From positions 163,363 through 227,362 of the forward strand of contig CAXXVO010000015.1 of NCBI GenBank assembly GCA_963422645.2: DNA of 64,000 nucleotides. Direction: 5' to 3'. Origin of the DNA: Alphaproteobacteria bacterium. GTDB lineage: Bacteria; Pseudomonadota; Alphaproteobacteria; UBA828. Of this stretch, positions 52,001-61,565 are shown in pieces (positions within the stretch are counted from its first letter, which is position 1; the number at the start of each line of letters is the position of its first letter). The position numbers and the translations under genes are program-made. Under the pieces are notes generated by a model. That model made no database searches and had not been told where the DNA came from. It saw only the letters and a list, made by a program, of their open reading frames with translations.

Positions 52001-53830
52001 CACGTCCAGATCGCGCGCGATGCGCAGCAGCGCGTCGGCGCGCACGGTGTCGATCATCGACGCTTCGTCCACCGCCAGCACCGCGCCCCCGTACTCCTCC
52101 CGGCCCCGCGCCAGCCGCGCCGGGTCGGAAAGATCGTTGAAGCGGGTCAGGAAGTGCTGAAGCGTCCGCGAGGGTATGCCGGCCTCCCTGGAGAGAACCC
52201 GGGCGGCGGCGGCCGAGGGCGCAAGGCCCTGTATCGTCCGCTCTGCGGCACGAGTGTCCCCGAGAAGCGCCTTCACCTCCCTCAGCATGGTCGTCTTGCC
52301 GCTGCCGGCATGGCCCTGCACGCCGACCGTGAGATCGTTCGACAGCAGCACCGTGCGGACCGCCTCCCTCTGGCCCTGCGTGAGGCGCGACGCCCCGAGC
52401 CGCGCCTCGACGGCATCCGCTCCGGCCAGCGCCGCTCCCTTGCCCCGCCCCGCCCGCATCGACGCCAGCACCTGGCGTTCGGCCTTCACCGCGCGGTCGG
52501 TGACAAAGGCCCGGTCCATGCCCCTACGTTTCGCCTCGATCAGCTCGCCGCCCTGTACGAGCCGTGCGATCGCCCCGTCGACCTCGGCCAGCGTGTAGCG
52601 CCCCGGCGCATGGCCCAGCGCCACCGCCCGGATCTCGGCCTCCGGGATCGCGGTGCGCCTCTCCGCAACGTGCGCCACAGCCCGCGCCACCGCCTCCAGG
52701 ACCCCCTGCTCAGGCTCCTGCGACAGCTCCGTCGGCGCCGGAGAGCGAGGAGACGTGGGATGCACCCCCGCCAACACGGCAACGCCGTCGCGGGGCTGCC
52801 TCGGCAGCGCCGGCAGCGCCGGCGCGCGCTTCAGGCTGCGGATCTCGTTGGCCGGCAGGTCCGGCGGGGGCACGCGCGGCAATCCGACCCGTTCGCCGGT
52901 CACCGGGTCGAGCGGCCGGGACGGCGTGAGAGCCGTCTTCTCCCGGACCAGACCCAGTGCCCGCGCCCGCGCGCGCCATTCCGGCACCAGGTCCGCGAGA
53001 CCCTTGTCTTCCTTGCGCCGGCGCGTGTGAAGCGCCGCCATCTGCGTGTGCTTCGCCGTGTACGACAGGTCCCGGCGTTCCAGGTACGCAAGAATCTCGC
53101 GGCGCCTGCCCGAGAACGCGTCCAGGAAGGAACGGTCGTAGCCCGCAAGCTCGAACCCCGGCACCCGTCCCACCAGGGTCGGCGAGACGGCCATGCCGAG
53201 CGCCTGAAGACGCAGCGCGAGCTCGTTCCGGTAGTACGCCCCGATCAGCTTCTCGCTGCGCCGGATCCTCGTCGGCTCCACGCTCCGCCATTCCCCGGAC
53301 GCATTGCGCGTCATGTTGGCCAGCACGCAGTGGGTGTGCAGCTGCGGGTCCCGGTCGCGGCTCGCGAGATGCCGGAACCCCGCCACCACCATGCCCTCCG
53401 CCTGCACCCGGGGACGGCGCCGCGTCGCGGGGTCCCAGCCCCGGGTCTGCAGAAGCTCCGCCTCCACGAAGCCCAGCGTCGCGCGCACCGCCTCGTCGTG
53501 AGCCCGGATCACCCGGCGGTCGCCCATCACCAGCGCCTCCAGCGATACCGACTTCGGCGCGGACAGGGTGATGTCCCAGCCCGGCCGGTGATCGTGCTCC
53601 CCCTCGCGCATCCGGCCGAGACGCAGGTCCGTCCCCGGCACGTATCCCGACAGCACCAATTCGAAGCGCGAGGGACGCACATGGGCCTTGAGCCCCAGCG
53701 CCCTCGCCGCATCCCCGTACCAAAAACTCGCCTGGCGGTGCTCGGGGTCGTTCTTTGCGTAGTAGCCGTCGCGCTCGTAATAGGTCACCGCCATGGCGGA
53801 CGAGCGAAGCTCTACGACCGTGGCTACCAT
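49025..53830 (-). CDS. MobF (TrwC-like) relaxase-helicase of the integrative element, with long repetitive C-terminal tail
   Basis: YYERDGYY, DITLSAPKSVS, HLASRDRDPQLHTH, GHAGSGKT, DEASM, HAYCSTVHAAQG. Confidence 0.93.
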   Translation of the reverse strand: MVATVVELRSSAMAVTYYERDGYYAKNDPEHRQASFWYGDAARALGLKAHVRPSRFELVLSGYVPGTDLRLGRMREGEHDHRPGWDITLSAPKSVSLEALVMGDRRVIRAHDEAVRATLGFVEAELLQTRGWDPATRRRPRVQAEGMVVAGFRHLASRDRDPQLHTHCVLANMTRNASGEWRSVEPTRIRRSEKLIGAYYRNELALRLQALGMAVSPTLVGRVPGFELAGYDRSFLDAFSGRRREILAYLERRDLSYTAKHTQMAALHTRRRKEDKGLADLVPEWRARARALGLVREKTALTPSRPLDPVTGERVGLPRVPPPDLPANEIRSLKRAPALPALPRQPRDGVAVLAGVHPTSPRSPAPTELSQEPEQGVLEAVARAVAHVAERRTAIPEAEIRAVALGHAPGRYTLAEVDGAIARLVQGGELIEAKRRGMDRAFVTDRAVKAERQVLASMRAGRGKGAALAGADAVEARLGASRLTQGQREAVRTVLLSNDLTVGVQGHAGSGKTTMLREVKALLGDTRAAERTIQGLAPSAAAARVLSREAGIPSRTLQHFLTRFNDLSDPARLARGREEYGGAVLAVDEASMIDTVRADALLRIARDLDVARVALVGDTAQLRAVDAGQPFRLLQKAGMATATMDEVLRQRDPALRATVGRAREGEPGAAIAALGNRVREAPREELGLEAARRWLALAPEQRADTLLLAPTHAIRRQANEAVREGLVEEGVLRGRTLAVDRLVNRRLTRALASDIQSYEPGDTVVFHRDVFGCRANDVRTVTGHDDGRVVLAHADGERRFRPSGNASRYLGLYDTERIELRAGDLIRWTRNRKAPLGRGRHPRAPDLVNGGEAEILEIGYRRVRFREGGREFSLALADPQLRHLDHAYCSTVHAAQGRTARAAIAVLDAGGGADRELFHVELSRVSEEFLLLTDDRDALIESMAYDRGEDGALESLGIDLAEPPVVDPEEFAALAADWRALLREGEAANTLPFFLPGYRDTMAQAAALAQIEDLPEDMRRLTATMLAKHGEHLAHDREVRGLVEGIRDHWRRWPELGWAASSQGVPVETLAEHAAWREEGTALLQAGRSLVEADGETARRVVAHHLHAMLGGRAGLEDAVGMLERTRLLDDAGRFERAWRALRERAAETGVPEIYSQGYRQVAELGKSLVAVDQGLDARTQRAVAEWREVDTTQAALAEEVRALPGRIAAWRAVDLPQEEPGGLDPAHPARQSWREEGAALQAMAGDMLRPEDVHAPHLYAVPGRREAVRQAAEEVGDALRKDGYRAFGWLTKEVNRQARETGTEAFHVPRYGELAAQAGALSALPARTQEVVASWLDYHARSEPVCRQIREWPARADALTADCPERPATLDALAGWRQRAEPLLAEARAMLANDAPQARHLAAMPDERKALAGGTGRLDRALIAVEAQETDVLSSVVQEWAEETGGIGFDASGYAALTERARSLDARPHLPERLRERVDGLLARDERWAHNRDRVEAFLVRAAEAVRARQVMTQQRVTTSSFEERLQARQDCRQKEQEVLDEAAALRKDVPQHELTAHLGAAGAGPDAVREREEEIRNRIAHEQEKQAALRMRRDRGMSM

Positions 53831-53905
53831 CGGCTCAGACCCCGATTACGGCCGCGCCGGTGCGCCGCATTGACAGGGAGGCAGAGCACCGCCGGCTCGA
53901 CGGGC

Positions 53906-54559
53906 TCACTGCCATCGGTAGAGCAGATGTATGTGGCTCTCGAGCAGCATGCCCAGGACGAAGACGAACAGGCCCACAAGAACTGTCTTCAGGCCGAACC
54001 TCGGCCCGGCCGTCTGCGTGCGGATGTCATCGAGAGTCTCATGGACCAGACGGGAATGCTGGGTGACCTGGTTGCGCGTCGCCGCAAGTCCCGTCTCGAT
54101 CCTGGTCACGGCCTCCTCGATCCCGGCCGCGACCCGGTCCCCGGTGGTTTCCATGCCCTGATCGATGCGCTCCGCTGCCGCTGCCGCCTTCGCCGCCGCT
54201 TCCTCGATCCTGCCGGCATGGTCTGCGACGGCCGCCGCCGCGTCGTCCCCCGGCGCGTCCCCGATTCGCGCAGCCTCGGCGACGCGGGCCACGAGCTTGT
54301 CGCCCCAGGACTCGAGCGCCTCCAGCGTCAGTGCCTCAGACACTGCCGCAGGCTCTGGCGCAGACCGTTCCGTCGACACCGCTTCCTTCAGTCCGGCCAC
54401 CTGCTCCCGCAGGTTCCGCACTTCGGTGAGCAGTTGCTCGATCGCAGCCGGATCGATACCGGGATCCGGCCGCGAGGCAGGCGGGTCCTCCGCCGGCAGG
54501 CTCGCAAGGAGGTCCGGCCGGCCTGTCCGCGTGCTCTTGCCGTCGCGCTCCGCAGTCAC
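53906..54559 (-). CDS. Hypothetical coiled-coil protein with C-terminal TM helix
   Basis: Co-oriented in the relaxase operon; hydrophobic VLVGLFVFVLGMLL. Confidence 0.6.
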   Translation of the reverse strand: MTAERDGKSTRTGRPDLLASLPAEDPPASRPDPGIDPAAIEQLLTEVRNLREQVAGLKEAVSTERSAPEPAAVSEALTLEALESWGDKLVARVAEAARIGDAPGDDAAAAVADHAGRIEEAAAKAAAAAERIDQGMETTGDRVAAGIEEAVTRIETGLAATRNQVTQHSRLVHETLDDIRTQTAGPRFGLKTVLVGLFVFVLGMLLESHIHLLYRWQ

Positions 54560-54628
54560 GCTATCCCTCTCCTCGTTCGGTCGACCTCGCGCACATCATT
54601 CATGCCGGCGACGCAGACGGTGAGCGCC

Positions 54629-55153
54629 TCACAAGAGCCGGTTCCGGCCGGGGTCCGTCTCCCCCTCGCGGGCCTGTGGCGCGACCGATTGCTTCGCTGC
54701 CGACGGCTCGGTCGAGACCGCGACCGATGCCGCAGCGATGCGTGCCCGCTCCTCGCCCAGCACCGACGCGAGCGCCAGCCGCAGCTCTTCCGAGCGGCCC
54801 GACCTGGCCATCGCAGACGCCCACGCGGCGAACGTCACCGCGATCCTCTCCTGCATGTCGCGCACAAGGGGACCCGAATCCTCCCCCTCCAGCATCAGCG
54901 CGCGAACCTCCCGTACCGCCTCCAGCTGCTCCCGCTGCTCTTCCTTCGCAAGCGCCAGCGCGGGATACCTGTGCTGAAGCCCCGCGTCCTCTTCCGAGGC
55001 GTCCCGCTCCACCAGTTCCAGCAGGTAGCGCGCGATCGACAGGCCGCGCCGGTCGGCGTTCTGGCGAACTACCTCCCAATCCGCGTCCGTCGCCGAGATC
55101 GAGATGTGCCTGCTCGGCCTGCGCGCCTTCCGCCGCCGCCGCACCCGCCTCAC
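54629..55153 (-). CDS. RHH/MobC-like accessory protein
   Basis: HISISATDADWEVVRQNADRRGLSIARYL. Confidence 0.6.
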   Translation of the reverse strand: MRRVRRRRKARRPSRHISISATDADWEVVRQNADRRGLSIARYLLELVERDASEEDAGLQHRYPALALAKEEQREQLEAVREVRALMLEGEDSGPLVRDMQERIAVTFAAWASAMARSGRSEELRLALASVLGEERARIAAASVAVSTEPSAAKQSVAPQAREGETDPGRNRLL

Positions 55154-55461
55154 GGCGCACGCTCCCGTGCAAGGACGGACACCGCGCTCAGAAGGCTAAG
55201 CCCGCTGCCCCCCGGAAGCTCGCGCCGCAGAGCCCGCACGAATGCCTGCAGCTCCCGCACCCCGTCCCGCTGCTCCACCTGTTCCGCTTCCGTCAGCACC
55301 AGGGGATGGCGGTCCGAATCGTCGGCGAGCCCGAGTTCCAGCACATAGCGCGACACGGTCTTCTCCGCGGCCGCCGCGCGCTCCCGGATCATCGCCTGTT
55401 CAGCCGGCTTGCAGTGCAGGCTCCGCTGACGCCTGACGGGCCGCGCCGCCTCCTCCGTCAC
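55150..55461 (-). CDS. RHH/MobC-like accessory protein
   Basis: RSLHCKPAEQAMIRERAAAAEKTVSRYV. Confidence 0.6.
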   Translation of the reverse strand: MTEEAARPVRRQRSLHCKPAEQAMIRERAAAAEKTVSRYVLELGLADDSDRHPLVLTEAEQVEQRDGVRELQAFVRALRRELPGGSGLSLLSAVSVLARERAP

Positions 55462-55820
55462 GATCCATCCTCCTCAACCCGCCCCGCCGCCTTCCAGCGG
55501 TTCGCAGCGCCGGGATCGGTGAGCCGGTCGAGCATGCCCTCCCGCTCGATCCATTCGTCCGCCGCGTCGCAGGCGTCCTCCCAGGCCTCGCCGGCGCCCG
55601 CCCCGCGCAGCCGCCTCTCCTCCAGCCTGGACAGCACCAGCATCTCGCGCACCGCTCGGCGCAGGACCTCCGGCGGCAGAGGGTCCCGGTCCAGCACGCG
55701 ATGGATCACGAAGCGCGACAGGTCCATGCCGCTCGCCGCAGCCGCCCGGCCGATCCGTTCCCACTCCGCATCGGTGGCCATGACCGCGCGCTGGCGCCGT
55801 CCGCCGGCATCCTCCCTCAT
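55458..55820 (-). CDS. RHH/MobC-like accessory protein
   Basis: RAVMATDAEWERIGRAAAASGMDLSRFV. Confidence 0.6.
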   Translation of the reverse strand: MREDAGGRRQRAVMATDAEWERIGRAAAASGMDLSRFVIHRVLDRDPLPPEVLRRAVREMLVLSRLEERRLRGAGAGEAWEDACDAADEWIEREGMLDRLTDPGAANRWKAAGRVEEDGS

Positions 55821-56178
55821 CGTGGCCGCCCGCCCGCAGGGACCTGCTGCAACCGGGACACGCGGCCACCTCTAAATGCAGGATAGAGCACGCAACTCCT
55901 ATGACATTCCTCGCTCCGAGCAATACATGCCATTCGTGTGTCCTGACCGACTGATCCGTTTTCGCCATGGAGACCATACCACTGCTCCACGGCAAATTCC
56001 ACATCCCGACTTCCCCGAATGCAACTCCCGAGAGACACAAGGGCAGCCAATGTGTCCTCCACCCCGCCCCACTCACCCTTGACTTCGTCCATAACCCATT
56101 GTAGCATCGCTCTAATTTAGGAGGTAACTGCAACCCTACGTCCGTCCCTGTGCACTGTGAAATCGCGTGAGGTAGTGC

Positions 56179-56188
56179 ACACCATGGC
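56179..56188 (+). repeat. attR core, ACACCATGGC
   Basis: Direct repeat of 10983-10992. Confidence 0.88.
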
Positions 56189-57542
56189 CGCCGCCCTCAT
56201 CCCCCAGCAGAAGGACGCCGTCGATCCCTTCTGGGTCACCGCCGCGCGCCAGCTCTTCTCGAACGGCGCAGGCGTGCTCCGGGAGAAGGGCGTGAAGGAG
56301 AACAAGGTCCTGGTCGAGCATCTCTTGAAGACCGACCTCACGGCCCTCGCCCAGGCGATGGAGGGCACGGTCGCGCAGTCCATCGTCGATCCCGAGAACC
56401 CGAAGACCGCGCTGAGCGTGCGCGCCATGCTCACCGCCAACATCGGCGCCCTCGAAACCCTCCCCGATACCGGCGCGCCGTTCTCGATCCGCGACTGGGT
56501 GTCCGACGAGGACCGCGGCGGGTTCCTGTTTCTCACCTCGCGCGGCGACCAGCACGCGAGCCTGCGCGGCCTCATCTCCACCTGGCTCGAGATCGCGGTC
56601 AACGCCATGCTGTCGCTCGAACAGGACGACAGCCGCCGCATCTGGGTCGTGCTCGACGAGCTCCCGACGCTGCACCAGGTGCCCTCGCTGCAGCCGGGGC
56701 TCGCGGAATCGCGCCAGTTCGGCGGCTGCTTCGTGCTCGGCATCCAGGTGATCTCCGCGCTCCGCGACCTCTACGGGCGCAACGGCGCGGAGACCATCTC
56801 GGGGCTCTGCGGCACCCGCGTGGTGCTCGCCGCCCCCGACCGCGACACCGCGCAATGGTCGGCCGACAGCCTCGGCCGCAGCGAGGTCGAGGAGGTGACG
56901 GAGGGGTTCTCCTACGGCGCCAACACCATCCGCGACGGCGTCTCGCTCACGCCCAAGCGCGAGCTCCGCGCGCTCGCGCTCGCCTCCGAGATCATGCAGC
57001 TCGAGAGCCTCCACGGCTGGCTGCGCTTCCCCGGCCCGCTCCCGGTCGCCCCGATCCGGCTCGACTACGTGAAGCGCCCGAAGGCCGCCGAGCGGTTCGT
57101 GCCGCGGCGAGATGCCGGCCGGGACGAGACGGCGGCGGCAGCCAGGCCTCCCGGATCGACGGAGACCGAAGCGGATGCCGCACCGGAAGCGGCGGACCCT
57201 CGGGGCGAGCTCCCGAGCCTCCCGCCGCCCGACCCGGAACGGAAGCCGGCTCGCACCGGATCGGCCGGCGCGGAGGCCAAGCCAAGGGATGCACCGACGA
57301 CGGTCGGCGAGCTGGACCGGGCCACAGAAGCCCCCGCCGGCGCCGCGCGGCCAGCGGACGGTTCCGGCGAGGTGGCGGGGACGGGCGGTGCAAGCGGCGG
57401 TGACGCGCCGGGCGAGTCTTCGGCCCGCGACCGCGCCGCCGCGCCCGGTGGGCGGGACAGCACGGCTTCGGGTCCGTATACCGGGGATGACGATGACGCG
57501 GCCGGCGGCGCTGACGGCCGTCCGGCCTGCGAGTGGCTCTGA
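56179..57542 (+). pseudogene. traD: Type IV coupling protein, 3' part
   Basis: TMAAALIPQQKDAVDPFW...FSIRDWV...LDELPTL (Walker B)...ESRQFGGC; low-complexity tail. Confidence 0.9.
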
Positions 57543-60502
57543 TGGTCGTCTCCATCGGCGCCGTCGCCTCGCCCGCGCAAGGTACGTCCTACTACGAGCG
57601 CGACGGCTACTACGCGAAGGACGACCCTGCCCACAGGGCCGCCAGCGCCTGGGCCGGAAAGGGCGCCGAGGGGCTGGGCCTCGAAGGCCCGGTCGACCCG
57701 GAGACGTTCCGCGCGGTACTCGAAGGCGAGGTGCCGGACGGATCGGGAAAGCGCCTGGGACGCCTCGACAGGGACGGCAGCCGCATCTATCGCCCCGGCC
57801 GCGACCTGACGTTCAGCGCGCCGAAGTCCGTGTCTCTCGCCGCGCTGGTCGGCGGCGACGGCCGCGTGGTCGAGGCCCATGACCGGGCCGTCGCCCGCAC
57901 CCTCGCCTGGGTCGAGGGCAACGCAGCCGAGACCCGCATGCGGGATCCGGAGACGGGAAAGATGGTCCGGGCCGGCAACCAAAGAGTCGTGGCGGCAACG
58001 TTCCGCCACGATACGTCCCGCAACCTCGATCCCCAGCTCCACACCCACGCCGTGCTCGCCAACATGGTGCAGGGCGGAGACGGGAAGTGGCGGACCATGG
58101 CGAACGAGTCGCTCTACCGCCAGCAGAAGCTGATCGGCATGGTCTACCGCAGCGAACTCGCCCGAGGCCTTGCCGGGCTCGGCTACGGCATCGAGAAGAG
58201 CCATGCCGACGGGCGCTTCGAGATCGCGGGCGTGTCCCGCGAGGTGATCGAGGCCTTCTCCACCCGGCGCGCCGAGATCGAGGCCGCGGTCGCCGAGCGC
58301 GGCGCCGCGGGGACCGCCGCCGATGCGCGCCTCGCCGAGCGCGCGGCGCTGATGACGCGGGCCCACAAGCGCGATGTCGACAAGGCGGCGCTGCGCGAGA
58401 GCTGGCAGCGGCAGGCCGCCGGACTCGAGTTCGATGCGCGGGCCATCGTCGCCGAGGCCTTGCCGCGGGACGCCGGAAGGGAGCCGATCGTGGCGCGAGC
58501 GACGGACACCGCGCCGCGCGAGGCGGCGGCCCTTGCGGGCGCTGCCGGGAGGAAGGAGCCTGTGGGGCCGGACGGTGTTCCGAAGACCCCGGCGGCGGAG
58601 GCCATGGAATGGGCGGTCTCCCACTTGGCCGAGCGGGAGGCGGTGTTCTCCCGCGCCGACCTGCTGGCCGCCGCCCTCGCCTGGCGGCCCGGAGCGGTCT
58701 CCGTCGGAGAGGCGGAGATGACGGTGGGCACTCTCCGGAAGGCCGGCACGCTCCACGCCGCGCCCGCGCACGAAGCCGGCGACGGGATGACGACGGACAA
58801 GGCGCTCGCCGACGAGCGCGAGACGATCGGGCTGATGCGCGACGGTCAGGCCCGCGGGCGGCCGGTGATGCGAAGCTGGATGGTGAGCGCGCGCCTGCAC
58901 AGGGGACCGCTGACCCACGGGCAGCGGGAGGCGGTCAAGCTCATCCTCGGCGCGAAGGACCGGGTGGTGGGCGTCCAGGGCTATGCCGGCACCGGCAAGA
59001 CCGCCATGCTGAGGCGCGTCCAGGCGCTGGCGGCGAAGAGCGGCTACCGCATGATGGGGCTCGCCCCCTCGGCCTCGGCGGCGAGGACGCTAAGCGCCGA
59101 GGCCGGCATCGACGGCGAGACGCTGCAGCTCTTCCTCGCGCGCAACGCCGGCGTTGCCGAGGGCCGCCTCTCGAAGAAGGGCGAGCGCGATATGCGCAGC
59201 CGCTTCGCCAGAACCGTGCTGGTGGTGGACGAAGGCTCGCTCGCCTCCACCGTCCAGGCCCGCGACCTGCTGCGGATCGCGACCGTGCTGCGCATCCCAC
59301 GAGTGGTGCTGGTCGGCGACTCGAAGCAGCTCGACGCGGTCGATGCCGGCAAGCCGTTCGCGCAGTTGCAGCAGGCGAGCATGAAGACCGCCATCATGGA
59401 CGAGATCATGCGCCAGCGCGACCCCGACCTGAAGGCCGCGGTCGAGGCGAGCCTCGCGGGCGAAACGGCCAAGGCGTTCGGGAAGCTCGGCGCCAACGTC
59501 GCCGAGGTGAAGGCCGACAACATCGCGGGCGCGGTCGCCGCGCGCTGGCTCGCGCTCTCCCCGGCCGAGCGCGACCGCACCGGGGTGATGGCCCCGAGCC
59601 ACGCGCTCCGCCAAGCCATCAACGGCCATATCCGCGAGCGTCTCGCCCGTGAGGGCCGCATCCACGGCCCCGCACTCCAGAGCGAGCGGCTGATCTCGAA
59701 GGGCTACACCAACGCGGAGAAGGCGCTCGCCGGGAACTATGCAGTGGGCGATGTCGTGGTCTTCCACCGACCGTACAAACGGATCGGCGTCGAGAGGGGC
59801 GACGAGCGCCGCGTGGCCGGCGTCGATCACGAGCGAAGGGAGGTCCTGCTCGGCGGGGGAGAGCACGGAACGGTGGGCTGGAAACCCGGCGAAATTGCCG
59901 GGAGCCGGGGCGGCAGCGAGGTCTACCAGGCCGAGGCGATCGAGCTCCGCGCCGGCGACCGCGTCCGCTGGACCCGCAACGACAAGACCCTCGGGCTCGT
60001 CAACAGCCACACCGCCGAGGTGGCGGCGGTGACCGGCGCCAAGGTGTCCTTCCGGCTCGAGGACGGGCGCGTGCTGAGCCTGAACGAAGGCGATCCGCAG
60101 CTGCGCCATCTCGACCATGCCTGGGCCTCGACCGTGCACGCGTTCCAGGGCCGTACCGTCGACAACGTGATCGCCGCCATGGAGGCAAACCATCCGCACC
60201 TGACCACGCAGAAGAGTTTCTATGTCGAGATCAGCCGGGCACGAGACCGGGCCGAGCTGGTCACCGACGACGCCAAGGCGCTCCGAGAACAGCTCGAAGC
60301 CGCCACCGGCGAGCGCATTTCTGCGCTGGAGGGAATCGGAGAGGCGATTAAGGAAGCCCCGGCTAAGGCGGCGGAGGCAGAAGCGGAGAAGGTCCAGACG
60401 CCTGCAAAGGCCCCGGAGAGAGCGCCCGAAAAAGCGCCGGAACCAAAACGGATCGAACCGCTTATGCACATGGCTCCGGTTCGATCAACATGCTGTAGGT
60501 AA
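57542..60502 (+). CDS. MobF (TrwC/TraI-like) relaxase-helicase of the backbone; last codons displaced by IS1595
   Basis: YYERDGYY, DLTFSAPKSVS, HDTSRNLDPQLHTH, GYAGTGKT; native end DYDLGL* found at 61514-61534. Confidence 0.92.
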   Translation: MVVSIGAVASPAQGTSYYERDGYYAKDDPAHRAASAWAGKGAEGLGLEGPVDPETFRAVLEGEVPDGSGKRLGRLDRDGSRIYRPGRDLTFSAPKSVSLAALVGGDGRVVEAHDRAVARTLAWVEGNAAETRMRDPETGKMVRAGNQRVVAATFRHDTSRNLDPQLHTHAVLANMVQGGDGKWRTMANESLYRQQKLIGMVYRSELARGLAGLGYGIEKSHADGRFEIAGVSREVIEAFSTRRAEIEAAVAERGAAGTAADARLAERAALMTRAHKRDVDKAALRESWQRQAAGLEFDARAIVAEALPRDAGREPIVARATDTAPREAAALAGAAGRKEPVGPDGVPKTPAAEAMEWAVSHLAEREAVFSRADLLAAALAWRPGAVSVGEAEMTVGTLRKAGTLHAAPAHEAGDGMTTDKALADERETIGLMRDGQARGRPVMRSWMVSARLHRGPLTHGQREAVKLILGAKDRVVGVQGYAGTGKTAMLRRVQALAAKSGYRMMGLAPSASAARTLSAEAGIDGETLQLFLARNAGVAEGRLSKKGERDMRSRFARTVLVVDEGSLASTVQARDLLRIATVLRIPRVVLVGDSKQLDAVDAGKPFAQLQQASMKTAIMDEIMRQRDPDLKAAVEASLAGETAKAFGKLGANVAEVKADNIAGAVAARWLALSPAERDRTGVMAPSHALRQAINGHIRERLAREGRIHGPALQSERLISKGYTNAEKALAGNYAVGDVVVFHRPYKRIGVERGDERRVAGVDHERREVLLGGGEHGTVGWKPGEIAGSRGGSEVYQAEAIELRAGDRVRWTRNDKTLGLVNSHTAEVAAVTGAKVSFRLEDGRVLSLNEGDPQLRHLDHAWASTVHAFQGRTVDNVIAAMEANHPHLTTQKSFYVEISRARDRAELVTDDAKALREQLEAATGERISALEGIGEAIKEAPAKAAEAEAEKVQTPAKAPERAPEKAPEPKRIEPLMHMAPVRSTCCR

Positions 60503-61507
60503 GGGGTTTTGCATTGGTGGCGATGCGGAAGAGCGAGCGGAAAGCAGCGTGGCGGGTTTTGCGGCGGTTGAAGCGAAAGGCGAACTCATCGAGATAGGCC
60601 TGCAGATGCTTGCGGCGCAGCCCGTGGTAGACGCCTCGCGCCCATCCTTTGAGGTTGGAGAAGACTTGGTGGATCCACGGCAGGACGAGGTGAGCGGCGG
60701 TCTTCCCGACGACATGGACATTGTGGCGATCGGCGGGGACCGCAGCGTAGCCGGACCAGCCGTCGGTTTTCGCGATGGCGTCGGGATCGGCGGCGGTTTC
60801 GACGAAGTGTCCGAGGTCGGCGGCGCCGTAGGAGGAGATTTCGGCCAGCCGCAGGCGGCCCGGGATGGTTCCATCCCCCAGTTCGATGGCGCCGACGATG
60901 AGCATCTTGCCGTCGTGGCTGCGTCCTTGCCCTCCGGTGGGAGGATCGTCTTTGGTCCGGAATGGAAGGCTGGCCTCGTCGATTTCCACCAGGCCCGACA
61001 ACGGGTTGCGCTCGGGGTCGACCATGCTGGCGCGCAGCTTGTGGGCGAGCAGCCAAGCGCTGCGGTAAGAGCCGATACCGAGCTGTTTCTGGAGCTGCAG
61101 GGCAGAGATGCCGTTGGAGTGGGTCGCCATCAGGTAGGCGGCCCAGAACCAGACGGTGAGCGGCAGCTTGCTGGCGTGCAGGATCGTCCCGGCCGTCACC
61201 GAGGTCTGCCGGCGGCAGCCGGCGCACTCGAAGGTGTGTGCTTTTCTGCGCAGCGCCCATCCCTTTTCATGGCCGCACGCGGGACAGACGAAGCCGTCCG
61301 GCCAGCGCATTTCGATCAGCCAGGCGGCGCAGGCGTCATCGTCCGGGAACATGTGCTGGAAGGCGAGGAGGCTGTCGGCGACCTGTTTCATGTGGTGGCT
61401 CCGTCGGCAGGAACGTATAGGCAACATTCTACCCGTTCTCCCGCCCTAACCTCAACCTCAACATCTGGTGGCAAACTCTCGCGACCGGAGCCATGTGCAT
61501 AAGCGGT
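60457..61507 (-). mobile_element. IS1595-family element
   Basis: 24-bp IR ACCGCTTATGCACATGGCTCCGGT; 8-bp TSD CGGATCGA (60449, 61508). Confidence 0.95.
60462..61391 (-). CDS. IS1595 transposase
   Basis: RWPDGFVCPACG zinc ribbon, VEIDE, TDGW, YLDEFAFRFNRR. Confidence 0.95.
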   Translation of the reverse strand: MKQVADSLLAFQHMFPDDDACAAWLIEMRWPDGFVCPACGHEKGWALRRKAHTFECAGCRRQTSVTAGTILHASKLPLTVWFWAAYLMATHSNGISALQLQKQLGIGSYRSAWLLAHKLRASMVDPERNPLSGLVEIDEASLPFRTKDDPPTGGQGRSHDGKMLIVGAIELGDGTIPGRLRLAEISSYGAADLGHFVETAADPDAIAKTDGWSGYAAVPADRHNVHVVGKTAAHLVLPWIHQVFSNLKGWARGVYHGLRRKHLQAYLDEFAFRFNRRKTRHAAFRSLFRIATNAKPLTYSMLIEPEPCA

Positions 61508-61565
61508 CGGATCGATTACGACTTGGGACTGTAACGGAGGACCGAATTACTGCACTCTGGATTAC

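Larger units (their letters stand above)
10993..56188. mobile_element. ~45.2 kb integrative mobilizable element carrying type III-B and type I-G CRISPR-Cas, inserted in traD
   Basis: Flanking 10-bp direct repeat, integrases next to left junction, relaxase module next to right junction, split target gene. Confidence 0.85.

Noticed and set aside
50057-55348. 1763-aa plus-strand ORF
   Set aside because: Antisense shadow of the relaxase operon in high-GC DNA; no recognisable motifs.
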